DNA of 64,000 bases from contig JAPEUI010000020.1 in NCBI GenBank assembly GCA_026025075.1, positions 124,001-188,000 on the forward strand. The letters are read 5' to 3'. The stretch is from Vezdaea acicularis (lineage: Eukaryota). The notes beneath the pieces are model-generated. The model was not told the origin of the DNA, made no database searches, and saw nothing but the letters and a program-made list of their open reading frames with translations. Both the position numbers and the translations under genes were made by a program. Shown one piece after another: positions 38,164 to 50,860 of this stretch. Every line of letters starts with the position of its first letter. Positions within the stretch are counted from its first letter, which is position 1.

Positions 38164-38939
38164 TCATCGACTGTGCCCTAAAACAGCATCGACAACCTGG
38201 CGGATGTCCTGCACCATGATCGTCGGCCTAACATCCGGGCACATATTGTCCTGCCAGCCTTTCCCGGGTCTGTCGACCCATGCAGCTTTCAGACCACAGG
38301 ATACCGCGCCCACAACGTCAAATGGATTTGCGGTCACTAGCCAGATATCGCCCATCTCGGACTTCGTCTTGCCTACCTGCTCAGCAAGATACTCATAGAC
38401 GGTAGGAGCTGGCTTGAACGTCTTGACGGCCTCCACAACCACCAGCTGCTGGAATACTGACGCGAGAGGTCCGAGATCCGGCGACTCTTTTACGGATGTA
38501 GTTACCATTTGCAGTGTCCCGTTGGAGAAGATGACGGGAGTGATGTCTTGACCCTTGGCTAGCGCTTTCAGAGCTTCCTCTACATCTGAAAATGTCGAGA
38601 GGGAATCATATGCTTTCATGAGCTCGTTCATATCCTCGTTCTTGAGGGTTACGCCGAGCTCCTTTGACGCATGCTGAAGAGAATTCAGCGTGATGGCTGA
38701 AAAGGATTGATATTGCCCTGGTGGAGATTTTCGGTAAAGTTTCCTGAACAGGGGAGCGTGTGAAACGCACCCATTGCATTAAGACGCCATGTATATTCCA
38801 ACTGGTACCTGCGCCATAGTGCAGCGACCTGTGAAGCCTTTTCCTGTTCGCAGTGCTTGGCGAGCTCTTTGCCTATCGATTCGGTTGAGAGTAATGTCCC
38901 GTAGAGGTCAAAGGCTACGACAGTTTTGGCACCCGCCAT
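38164..38939 (-). CDS. Haloacid dehalogenase type II (HAD superfamily)
   Basis: AFDLYGTL, WRRYQLEYTWRLN, FSNG, FKPAP, NPFDVVGA. Intron 38718-38770. Confidence 0.9.
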
Positions 38940-39651
38940 TTCAGCAGCGATGATGACTCGAATTTACTCTGATTGTAAAGTTGATGGTCAATGTGTGAGG
39001 GGGTCTACACTACTTAGCGAGGGTCTATTTAGAATTTAGACTCTCATCGAGACTGCCACTATAGTCTAGGAAGCAGTTCAAAGTCCTTTCACTCTTCGAT
39101 AGCTTGTCATTCAATGCTAGTAAGCTGCCAAGAGCAATTACTTTCTGCTGCTACAATTCCACGTTCCCTTAGCAATAAGTCTTCTTATAGCCGCCCTACA
39201 TGCCTTAAAGCAGCTTTAAGACAGTCATTTTCTCTCCGGTTTCTCTTGCAGACCCTTGCAAGAAGGGAGAAGAGAGTTCATATGGATCGGCATACATCGG
39301 CTGAAGTTGTGTGTGCCTCTTGCGGTAGGGTCGAGGCCTATCAGCAAGACTAAGCTCTAGGTCCAACCCTAAAGGCCACGCAACATGCGGAGTCGAAGCT
39401 GATCCCACGCAACTGCGTGGTGAGGGCAGGAATCCGGAAGCCCGGGAGACGGGTGATCGACATCTGTCGATAAGATACTATGCCGAGTGCTGAGAGGTTG
39501 GGTTTCGGAGGTGTCTAACATCAGTCCAATAACAGGCACACATTCCAAAGCCGCATGCAGACGACCGCGAGCTGGTCCTAAAATTGAATCTGTCACGCTG
39601 GATGCCAGCTGAGGAGGCCCATTATTTGATCGAACACCCGTACTCGTAGCT

Positions 39652-39700
39652 GAGACGATGGGACGACGAGACGACGAGACGATGAGACGATGAGACGATT
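39652..39700 (+). repeat. Imperfect 8-bp tandem repeat (GAGACGAT/GAGACGAC)
   Basis: gagacgatgggacgacgagacgacgagacgatgagacgatgagacgatt. Confidence 0.65.
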
Positions 39701-40389
39701 GCGTGTTGACATCACGAGCACTGCCCGTTTGATAGGAGAGCTCGGAAGCAGTCACGCCATGCGCAGCCACCCAATTCCACTCGAACTCCACCAACCTCAC
39801 CGCCCGCCGGGCTACGGTCGAGTAGTCGCCAATCACCGGCATGCCGGGCGGGCGACCTGGATCGGGCCCCGTTCTTCACGGCGACTTCTGTCCCGACAAC
39901 GGCTTGGAGAGCTCGAGTAGATCTGTGGTAAATAGAGAGAGCATGGTGAGGCAGCTGTTGTGACACCGTAGAACGCTCGACTGTTTCGCTGTCTCTGTAG
40001 ATTCGTGATGGAGCCCGTGTCGGGCGGGCGGTGGTGGTTTCCTGGGGCTTCGGCGACCGCCTGGCCGCGCCTGCCCCTACGCTCGCCAAGGGCCCACTAT
40101 CGCTTTCCCGCGGGCTGCAACCGGCCCATCCTCCGCCCAAAGGCTCGATCTCGTTAGGAGGGTCGAACGACGCTTCGGTCAAGTTCAGTATCAGCTGCAA
40201 GCGCACACGACCCTGACCATCGACCCGGCGGCCTCCTCCCAACCCTATTTAAAGGCGCAGTCCTCCCGTCTCCCACTCACCCTCATCCATCCCGTTTGAA
40301 CATCCTTGGCATTCCACCCACCAGACCAACAACACCTCAATCTTCTCTCATCCCGTATCCTTCGAAGCAAAGCATTCCTGCATATCGAG

Positions 40390-40904
40390 ATGGCTGACGC
40401 TCCTCAACAACCCGCCGCTGCCCCAGCTCCCGCTGCTGCCCCCGGGCAGAAAGAAGAGTGAGTTCTGCCTTTCCCCATCAGATCCTGCATTCATTCATGC
40501 ATCCATCCCTGTGGATCTCGATGAGGGCAGCTCTCGAACGAGCACCTTGCTGACATTCATGCTTCCTAGCTACGGTGACAAGGGCGCTGCCTTTATTGCC
40601 GGAAAGGTCGGCATCGACGCAAAGAAGAACCGAGGAACCATCGAGAAGATCACCGACAAGATCCGTGAGACGATCGAGAAGGTCACTGGGTACGTTCACC
40701 TCGCGAACCTCAAGCTTTATCTTCTATTTCCACCGTTGCATCACATCCTCCTGTATATGCACAGAATGCACTGTCTTCACTATGGAAGCTGACGCAACCC
40801 TTACCTTCCTTTTCCTTCCATATCCACCCACACTTTCAGCTTGCCGGGAACGTTCATGCTAATAAACCCCTAGCAAGAAGGCCCCTGCCGCCCTTTCCAA
40901 CTAA
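40390..40904 (+). CDS. 72-aa hydrophilic micro-protein (exons 40390-40457, 40570-40689, 40874-40904)
   Basis: TATTTAAA at about 40246; strongly C-ending codons; canonical introns splice to MADAPQQPAAAPAPAAAPGQKEDYGDKGAAFIAGKVGIDAKKNRGTIEKITDKIRETIEKVTGKKAPAALSN. Confidence 0.8.
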
Positions 40905-41840
40905 GCATCTCGCACCAAAGGCGCCGGCACGTCTCGTCTGTCTCGTCTTGGCAAACAATTTTTCGGCCGCCTAGAATACCATTCGAAGCCGCCAAAAAGC
41001 AAAAAACTCGAGAAATGAGACGGAGTCATCCAAGTCAATATCAGGCTCTGCCGGCAGCCTAGCAAGTGGGCACGCACCATAGTACAACTTCATCATCGTC
41101 GACATTATCAATCTTCGCTCGCCAAACCTCCACTGATACCCTCTGAGCGATGGGCTGTAACGAATCCCCCCCAACCCCATACACACTTTTCATTCAATGG
41201 ATACCCCTTTGCACACCACCCGTACTTGAGTTTTTACCGATGGAAACGAGAGTGGGGCCGGCCGGCCGTAGTAATTTGGAGGAGGAGTGGCTGGGAGAGC
41301 GATTGCGTGTAGTTTAATTAGGCTCCTTTTTCTCCTTTTTAAAACAAACCAAATCACATTACTTGCCCCACGTTTCAACTTGCTCGAAGTGTCGTCGATA
41401 TGTTTGGAGATGAGTGACGTGCTACTGTCACTGCTATCGAACGCAGTGCGGGAAACAGCAAAACAGCCTGATGCAACCCAATCCAAACGCCGGACAACGC
41501 CGTCATGCTTGACATCTCGATATAACACAAAACCCTCCTCCTTCAGAACACTTCTCGTCAGTGATAAGCCATATCCCCATTAAGCTATATCCCCATCCAA
41601 CCCTATATCCTAGATTTCGTGGCGGTTCGTCATGCCCGTATATATCCCCAACCCGTCTGCCATGTAGGAGGAGAGCTTCCTATTCTGTATCTTGTTTGTT
41701 GCGGTACCGGTTTTCGCATCACCATGGACGGGCACTGGGAAGGCGCACCGTGGGTATCACGAGCCCACACCGAATCCGCACCTCGCAACCCCAAACCCCG
41801 CACCATCCCCCCGGCAGGATCGAGGGGGTATTCAATCGAA

Positions 41841-42491
41841 TCAATCAAAATCATCCCTCTGGACCTGCCAAGCCATGACCATCATCCAGAGGAGCAGGAC
41901 GGTGCCGATGAGCAAGAAGGAAAAGCCGGCTTTCCAGCACTGGCAGATATTGTTCTGCTCGAGCCAGGCGAGGGTGTTGACGGACTGGCCGGAGAAGACT
42001 TGGCCGGAGACGTAGCGGACGCAGTTGTCGTTGACGGAGCCCTGGGGGCCCCAGAGGACGATGGAGGTTTTGATGAGGCCGGTGAGCCAGAGGACGAAGA
42101 GGATGAAGGAGCCGATTACCATGATCCCTGGGAGGAGAGCTCGTTGCGACATTAGGTAGATCATGAGCAGGAGGAAGAGGAGGCCCAGGGAGCCAATGGT
42201 TATGTTGTAGGGGAAGTACCTGAGGGGGGAGAGAGGGTTAGTTGTGGGAGTTGTGGAGGGAGAGAGGGGCGTGCTGAGCTTTTTTGCCAGAGGAGGGGAG
42301 GTACTGGGTTAGGGGAAGAGGAGAAGGGGCACTTACCATGGTATCCCGTCCTGTAGCTGCTGCTGCACCGTGATGAAGTACCCGAATATACCAGTGATGA
42401 CAGCGGACGAGGCGAGGAAGAGGATGACCCAGATGTTCAGCTGGACCTCGGGCCAGCGGTAGCGCTTGCGGACGACGATAGTTTCCGCCAT
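41841..42491 (-). CDS. Four-TM membrane protein (MARVEL-like), function unknown
   Basis: RYRWPEVQLNIW, GIPW|YFPY, LLPG, four hydrophobic helices, Cys in loop. Intron 42220-42336. Confidence 0.82.
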
Positions 42492-43343
42492 TGTGAATTT
42501 GTCGATGGGCTTCGTCGAAGCTGCGGGAAGAGTGGAGGGGGCCGGTAGAACCGGAGGCTTTGACGAAGAAGCTCTTCTCTCGTCAGAGTAGAGCACGACT
42601 TCTCTGTTCTGCGCTCAGCGAGTCGTCGTAGGTGTGGGCGACCAGGTATCGTCGATTCGAACTGTGTCTGTCCGTGTAAGGAAATACCCACAACTTATTC
42701 TTTCTATTCCCAAAACCTCCAATGATCGCTCTTCGTAGCGCACTCTCTACTGTTCCTCCGTCTTCCGTGCCCTTCTCCGCGCTGCTGCTGCTGCTGTGGT
42801 GCGAACGGCCGCCCTCTAACCCTCCCAATCTTTATCTACCTCTCCCCGCCTTTATTTTCCCTCGAACGAAAAACCGCGTACGCTGGCTTCGCTGCCCACG
42901 CTAATCTCACGCCCTCAGATGGTGCCAACGCACTCACGACCTCTTTCGATTCGTCCTTCGCGCGCCGACTTTCTCGCTTCTCTCCGTCACCCAAACGCAA
43001 TGAGATGACAGCGACTTGCGACGACTTGCTGCTGGTGGGCGCTGCTGGTCGTGGTGGTTCCACTAAGCGAGAGGGCGGCCAGCTCAGCGATGGAGCTGGA
43101 ATCGCAATGATGTGTTTTAAGCTTTTTTGCTCGACTCGCGGCTCAGGTACCACAATCGGTCGGTAATGTCAGAGCACGAGAAAGAGAGGGCGCGGTGCGT
43201 ATCGATTGAAGTATGTAAAGAGCGACGGAAAGTGCCTCTGGAGTTATCGTGTAAGAAGGTGCGAAGTGGTGGATGGGCAGGAAGTGGGAAAGAGGTTGAC
43301 TTGACGCTGACGTCGACGGGGCTTGTCCTCGGCGGTAGGTGAG

Positions 43344-43366
43344 TGGTGGTGGTGGTGGTGGTGGTG
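43344..43366 (+). repeat. (GGT)n microsatellite
   Basis: gtggtggtggtggtggtggtggtg. Confidence 0.7.
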
Positions 43367-44592
43367 CGATTCGAAGAGGCTGGGGAGCGAGCGCGCGCGG
43401 AAAAGTCGCGGGGCGGGGACTGAGCCCTTATTCCGATTGGCGAGGGGGAAGGATTTCTTTTTTTATTTTCTCGCGATGCGCATCTTTTTGACAACTACGT
43501 GATTCGCATGTCAGTGCTTTAAATTGTGTTAGTTGTCGTGAACGTCGCCTTGCCGGTGCGGTGGCGGCTGATACGTTCTCCCCTGAAGCCAGATGGTGCC
43601 ATGTTCCCGCGTCTTCATTTAGATTTTGCCCATGCTCTCTCTGGGTTTAATGCCTTGGATTCCTTTAGCATTTAATTCATGTAGAGTTTCTTTCACATCA
43701 GGGAAATTTTGGTAAAAGAGGCCATCTTCATTACGTTAATCCACCGTGTAGAAACATCCTTCCCCCCTCCCTTGCCCTCCCCCCAAACCCTCCAGGTCAC
43801 CATCTCCAAGCCCTCACAAACTCCCCTCTCGTACCTCTACAACCAACACCCCCCTTTCCCCCCCCCCCGTTCTTCATATTGTTACACAAATCACATCCAC
43901 ATCAAAAACCCTCGCGCTTCTACTTCTCAAAGCCCCCGTATCGAGACCCTCTCTCGTCTTGTTTAATCTCACCATTACGCTTATTTTGCCGTTATATGGG
44001 TATTCCCCTTTATTCATGAACTGTGCATGGTTGTTTATATGATAAATAAAATTTTCGCGTAGAAAAGCTGGTAGTTCATGGACAGCCATCCATGACGAAT
44101 ACGACCTGTTCTTAAGGGGGCGTCATCGAGCTGTCTACATTTCAAATCTTCAACCCAAAAAAATCTCGAGCAAATTTTTGCCAAGGATCGTAGCCAGTTT
44201 TCGTGACTCGATGAGATGGTTGAAAGGGGCCCACTGAACTTGTGGCTCACGGATCAGGGGGTTTATTCGCGGCGGGGGGATAGGGTAGAGGGAGGATTGT
44301 AGACGCTTTTTTGAAAGATTGATTCTATTTTTAAAGGCTTCAAGGCTCTTGAAGCGATGGCGTGAGCTCTTTCTATGCTTTCACAGGGTACGACTTCGAC
44401 CTCAATGGGGCTGACCCAAACCTCGAGTCAACCCCCAAAGCCCCAGGGCATGCACAGCTGATCTCACGTGAATCTGCGTTCACCCAAGATGTTTTCCCAA
44501 CGACAGCAGTTGACAACGCTTATTACAAAGAGTGCCTGCCTCCAAAACGCCTGTCATGATCCTTCCTAGATGCAAAGCCCCCATTTTCGGGT

Positions 44593-45487
44593 TTAAAAGT
44601 TCTGACCGCTCATGTTTTGTACGGGTATATGCTCGCTCTCTATGCGCTTGATCTTGCGCTTCGAACTGATCCGCCTCAAGACGAAGAACCAGACGATCAG
44701 TCCAAAGATCTCTGCCACCGCCTGCGCGACCGATAACCGGAAGGAGTTCGTCTGCGTAACAATTGTCAGCTAAAGACACTCTACACCCCATGAAATGGGC
44801 AGGTCCATACCTGAATGCTGCAATACTGGTCGAAATCGACGACTTTCTGGAACTGTGGCTGGATCTTGAACGCCTTGGAGCTACAGGTCCAGCCCCACAG
44901 ATCATTCGAGACGCCATGGGTATCCTTGCCGTACTTATACAGCGCCGCGGTCACGATCCAGATGACGATATGTACGACGAAGATGACGGAGGTGAAGAGG
45001 GTGGAGATCATGCTGGCGCGGTTGGCGTGCTTGACGCTGCGCCAGCAGTACGCGAGCATGATGATTGAGTTGATGAAGGCGGAGATGACGGCGATGACGA
45101 GCAGCATGATGGTCGGCCAGAGCTTCGTGTCTTTCGCCCAGGCGTTGCGGCCGCCGATCAGCACGCCTTTCGTGGCCAGGTACTTTCCGAGCACTTTGGC
45201 GAGGTTGCCGGTGATGGCGATGGAGAGGATGAAGGTGAGGCTGCGGGCGAGGAATTTGAAGATGCGGACTCGTTTCTTGAGTTTCTGGTCCTGGGAGTTA
45301 GCATGGATTTTCCTTTGGGGAAAGGCGCTGAGAGGCTATGGCTTACGGCGTCATCGATTAGGGCCTTCCCGAGCGGGTCTTCGGTGTGGTCCATGGAGAG
45401 GTTGGAATATCCATCGTAGCCGTTGCTCGGTGGAGGTGGATACCCAGTATCACCTGCGGCCTTTGGGGGTGGGGGGTAGGACGTCAT
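44593..45487 (-). CDS. Four-TM membrane protein, function unknown
   Basis: Pro/Tyr-rich N-terminus; introns 45291-45346 and 44752-44810 restore a continuous frame; LWPT, DLWGWTCS and CSIQ motifs; four hydrophobic segments. Confidence 0.82.
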
Positions 45488-46336
45488 GGCCGATTAGAGG
45501 AGTTGCTGTCACGGCCCTGAATTCAAAGATTCAACTGAAGTCGAAGTTACGGCCGTTACGTGTTGGTGTATGGGGTCGCCCAAGGGTCCAATGAGGATAT
45601 ATAACCATCGATACCTTGCTCAAGCCTCTGTCCCGATTCACTGCAGTCTCATCAGTCAGCACTCAAGTCAAGAGAATGAAAGAATTCGGACTTACGGCAG
45701 CGCCCGTGGTGTATATATTCCCCCCATCAGCAGCTCCATACCCTCATGTCAGCACTTGGCCGCCGTCGAAACGGAAGGCTGCAAGTGCCAATTAGCCAAG
45801 CTGCGCCGCACGAACGGGGGCCGATCGCGTTTCTTATTCCGCGACGCCTCGGCGAATGATAACAAGCGGCGGCCTGCTGGTGTGCCCCTGTCGTTTGCTT
45901 TTCATAGCAGCCACTCGGCTATGGCTTGCCAACCGAGCCAACCCTTAACACACACGGATGGGCGTGATTATGGTTCTTTTTTGCCTCGAGGCTGCAGCTT
46001 ACGGGATCAGCAGCGGAAAGCGGTGGGTGGCATCGGTGACAAGACGGGAATAATGCGTCGCAACGTTTTTGAGTCGTTGAAACAGCCTTAAAGGTGCGTG
46101 GTGCAACGAAGAGGCTTTTGCGATTGCAACGGTACCTTGATTGAGGTACATGTCGAGGCTGTTGACAAGTGGCGCGGGTTTCCGCCCACTGTGCGGACTG
46201 GGAAAAGTCTCCGCAAGTCCTGAATTGAGTTTTAAGTAGGTTCGACATGTCCCTGGCAGCTGGACTTCTTACGGTATCGGCGACTTGCTATTCCATGAAC
46301 GACGTTTCATTGGATGGGCGGGCTCTGATGAGATGA

Positions 46337-47255
46337 GAGACTCTCCATTGCATGAGTAATCGATTTACCTGGGGAATACTTCATAACACGGGCGACGTTC
46401 TGATGCATGAATCGCTGCGTTCTGCCACGTAGAGAATCTCCATTACATGAGCAACCAGTCCCTGAATGAACAACCTCTCATTACCCTGAACATGCTCTAA
46501 AGGCACGACAGATCTCGCATTCCATAAGCAATTCCTCGCTATATAGTTCTGTTGAAATGCCTATCTCATTACAGGCACCGTGGACTGCTGCATGAACCTT
46601 GCGTGAAAGAAATGACTGATTTGTCTATCAAACTCATTTGAAGTTGTTCGTCCTCATCGAATAGCTCGTCCGCAATTGCTGACCAGTTCTTATTGCCGCT
46701 CAAGTGTTGCCCAATCGTATATTTTACGTTAATGTCTTGCAAGTTGCTCTTTCACTCGATTGACTCGTGCCCAGGTTGGGACATTGGGTCTATAAAGTGC
46801 CAGCAGGTCCGTTTCGTTCATTGACATGAGGTGAAAACCACTCGATTAAAGTGGTATCGAAGTTCTCTAGGCGTGACGTCGGTCCGGGTGGGATCTATCC
46901 CTAGGACAGAGCATGGATTGACTTGGCCTCGAATTGCCTCGTTTTCATAGCTGCTTGACGGTGTGTAAACGAAGCTTGGTTGGAATAATCTTTCCATAAT
47001 CTCCATAATCTCCATATCTTGCTCCATACTGGGACGATTGAAGAGGAGACTCTCCACTCTATGGGTAATCAATTACCTGGGCTGAAGAATACTTCATGAG
47101 ACGGGCGACGTTCTAGTGCACGACTGGCGGCGACAGATGGGCATGGAGAATCCCTCATTATATGGGAGACCAGCTATGTGAATGAGCGGCCTCTCATTCA
47201 CCGAGAATTCTCGCAAGGCACGATGGATCTCGCGTTGCATAAGTAATTCCTCATT
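46337..47255. repeat. Diverged direct repeat of about 205 bp (46337-46540 and 47046-47255), probably a decayed minus-strand coding relic
   Basis: Collinear shared blocks GAGACTCTCCA, TTACCTGGG, GAATACTTCAT, ACGGGCGACGTTCT, GAGAATC, TGAATGA, CCTCTCATT, AAGGCACGA, GATCTCGC, CATAAG.AATTCCTC at a spacing of about 710 bp. Confidence 0.75.
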
Positions 47256-47417
47256 AGGAGGATTAGGACTAGCCCATAAGATCACTACGAAAACTGATAA
47301 CCAAGGCCTCCCATCCCACCAGCCACGTTTATACCCAACGTCCAAAACGTGTTACCCATTATATCATTGTGTACCCAGCGCTCGCATACAGCGCGACAGA
47401 CGACACAGAAACCTATC

Positions 47418-48443
47418 CTAGGTTTCCGTCGGAAGCTCTGTCTGCGACGTGCCTGCCACCCCCGAAGCCAAAGAGCCAGGAGCTGGGTTCTGCGGTCTAG
47501 CACCGAGATGGGCAAGTCCCGACTGCTGCTCAATGTCAGGTTGAGCTCTACCGGCCCCGTAGGTATACGGCGTCGCCCCTTGCTGGCCGGGAGCCATTTG
47601 GTAATTCGGATCGGGCTGCGTGTAGTTTTGCTGTCCTGGGCCCTGCTGCCAGACGCCGGGCTGCTGGCCCACTGAAGGGTTTACAGGCGCAGACGCCGTG
47701 TTGAGCTTTTCACCTGGCGCAGAAGTCCCGGCGGACTTGGCGAAGGGATGACTTCTGGATTTGTATATGAAATAAACAGTAGCAGCCAGAGAGACGAAGA
47801 AGAGAAAGCTAGAATAATGGTCTCAGTAGAGTCCTGAGTTAATTTTGGTGAAAGCGGGGGAGTGAACATACACCATGACTCCGTCTAGTCCTTGCTTGGC
47901 GGCTAGCTTCGACGCTTTTCCGACTCGTCCGGCATTGCTGCCTCCACCTGCTCGAAAGCTGCCTGTACGCTTGAGTAAGGAGAACGTGTCGCGGCGGGTC
48001 CGGCGGTAGTCCGTGTAGCCGTAGCAGTCGGTCACACTGGAGCTGGCGGAAGTGGAGAGCCAGAAGATAAAGAGCACGGCGTCGATCAGGAGTTGTGGGA
48101 ACTGTCTAAAGGGAACTACGTTTTGAACCAGACCAGGCCGTGATACGCTGAAGGGCGTCCAGAGGATGATGGGGATCAAGAGGATCAGCGTGAAGACGGC
48201 CTGCCAATCAGCGACGCGATCAGTGTGTCTGCTCACATAGTGTTCTTCAGAGGCCTGTGTATAAAACTTGCGACTTACCGCTGCGATATTGAAACCCACA
48301 GCGCTCGGTATGGCGCAACCCTCGCTGCTGATCGACGACGCGTTCGAGGCCGCAACGCCGAGAATGATGACGGCGAAGACCCATTGAACGATGCGCAGGT
48401 AGAAGAGATAGTAAGGTTGATCAAAACCATGTCGGATATCCAT
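47418..48443 (-). CDS. MARVEL-domain membrane protein with Gln/Pro-rich C-terminal tail
   Basis: LRIVQWVFAVIILG, FNIAA|AVFT, LIDAVLFIFWLS. The second intron (GTATGT...TTCTAG) joins in frame to FLFFVSLAATVYF and ORF 47418-47672. Confidence 0.8.
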
Positions 48444-50860
48444 AGTTATTCTAGTGCTGAGACTGTACTAGGGTGGTCAAGAAGCAGTTGGAACTATATC
48501 AAGGGGGGAGACGGATGCGATCGCACGGGAGAGGGGGCTCCTCTCGGACTAAATGTTCCATGGCCACCAGCAAAGGGACAAGCAGGAAACCTGGAATACA
48601 ACGGACGAGGCTGAGAATATTGAAGCTTTGCTTGCACCTGCATGGCGTAGTTCGACTCGATCGGCTGCGGGACGGCTGGCGCTAACCTGGCCAAGCCGGA
48701 CGCAGTCCAGACGGCGAATTGCAGGGATCTGGTGGTTGTCCCACCCGTTCTGATTGAAATCGGACGGCTGGAGTGGCGTTGTACTTATCAGAAAGGGGGA
48801 TCGGCAAGGGATATTGATGCGCCGAACCGTTCACGCGACAGGTTCGAGATTGAAGCTCGGCAATGGTCGCTCTAGTTGCCCTTTTGTGGTTCCTTCTCGT
48901 TCCAAGCTCAAGAGCAAAAGAGAGTATGAAATTCAGAACATGAATATTCCGTTATTGACATAACGGTCATACAGGCACCCATCAGAAAAATCCACAGGTA
49001 CGCTGTGGGAAGACGTATCATCAATTGCCACGTGACCTTAAACCAGAGGTGTGTCACAATCCTAGGTGTAACGTGTAACAGTGTCCTCATTCGTGGCCTT
49101 TAGGTATCCCGACTAACAATCATGTGCTGCGGTTCATTGCGGCAGTCGTCTACCCGCTGGGACGCCATGATCCGGACTTGGTTCTTTAATTGGAGATACT
49201 TGGCGTGGTTCTAAGGGTCCGGTCCTCATCTGAACAGGGCTTTGAGAGGCCGCAGCTGCTTGTCACAGCTGGTGATAACAGCCTCACCGGCAGGAGACAC
49301 AGCTCCGGAGATAGGCTGTGTACGTCTTGATAGAGTTGAACACTGCTGTCGAGCCCCTCCATCTCTGTCGTTACAACCCCTCATCTCATGCGTGGCCGGA
49401 AGATTGATATCGCGTTCCGGTTGCTTCCTGGAGGAAAAGTCTGGGGCACCGCCCATTGCTAGTGGCCTCTATCATCTGGTTCCAAGCCTCGTGCAGCGAA
49501 GGCAAATCAGGATGAGAGAGAACGGGGCATCTGCCATGCTTCGGGGTTAGCGTTTCCCATGTGCTGGCGTCCAGCGCCTCGGCTCCCTCCTTGGTTCGTC
49601 TGATTCTTCCGGTCTGGTAGGGCTGAGGTCATCCAACGGTCAAAGTCCACCATCAAGAGGAAGGAAATGGCGGCGGTGTAGGAATCCGACGACCGTTGTC
49701 GGTGCGTGGAAGCAGAATCGCCGTGACCTTTTCCCATGCATCGCATGCGACCAAGCACAACGCTGGTCACCAATTGTTTGCGCCGTTTCGCTTGAACGGG
49801 TATAGTCGTGGCTGCAATCATGTTGTCCTCTCCCCATCCGTCCTGGCTTCGTCCGGCCGACAAGGGTTGATTGGGCCTTCCCGCGAGTGGGGGACTCTTT
49901 GCGCAAGCCACGGGCAGCCGCCAGAGCTGTCGAGAATCTTTTGTAATTCGTGCTATGCAAAGATGACCTCGGTCGTGCGGTGTGTAGCAAAGCCATTCTC
50001 GAGTAAGGTTGCCCTTCGCAAGACCAGAGGCGCCAGGACCTGCCAGGCATGCCAGGCAAAGAGGTTGTAAGATGAGGGGCTGGTCAACTGGCCGTTGACG
50101 GTCCACGGTCGCGATCTGTACTTGGGTATCGAAACTGCTTGAGGGACTGATGTATTGGCTTTCGGGGACGGACGGGAAGGATCCATCCGGGTTCAGATTT
50201 GATGACGGAGTTGTGGTATTGATCGATTTGGGTCGATGGCTATGTCGACGGGGAAAATAGACATGCGTCGAAAAGGGACTGGTTTAGGGCTTCCAGTGGC
50301 CGGCCCTCCTCCAGAACGAGCATGCTGGTCCGGCTGGAGGCATGGCCCCCCCCCCCAAATGGCGCCTCGATCGGGTGCGGTGGAGGGTGTGCGCCGGCCT
50401 TGGCACTCACTAAACCAGTGCCACGGGAGAAGGGTGTGCGCGACGGCTCCCTACGGCGCGCCTGGCGACACGTCTGGATGGGGAGCTCAAGCTTTTAAGA
50501 CTTCCCTCATCCCCTGGATCAAGTTCTTCAAACTGGTCGGGTTATTCAAATGCAACTCTTTTCGACGCGATCAACTAATCAATGCTATATGCCTGCGACG
50601 CGTTGATGCTACCCAATTCTGAAGGCAAGAATCACCCGACCCCGCCTTCCGGGCACCATTTTTCCGCAAGCGCCTAGCCCGGTCCAATCCTCCCACGTAA
50701 GGCCGCGACTCGCCCCACCACGGTGACATTCACCGCACCAACGTACCTCCACTTCACGAACAACAACGTCAATCGATACGACACGCGAAAGCCTTCATCT
50801 ACTTTGCTCTTTCCAACGTCCTACGCCATAAGGATCTGAAAGCGTGCTGAGAAACTCAGG

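Noticed and set aside
40690..40873. Stwintron (nested intron) in the micro-protein gene
   Set aside because: Removing 40690-40839 does not recreate a credible donor; alternative acceptors explain it better.
43874..44300. Possible small minus-strand gene (ORFs 43874-44089 and 44035-44250)
   Set aside because: I could not build a consistent spliced model or recognise a motif; a decayed gene is not excluded.
48473..50622. ORFs in the MARVEL-metacaspase spacer
   Set aside because: Random-looking composition, overlapping in many frames, no splice support.
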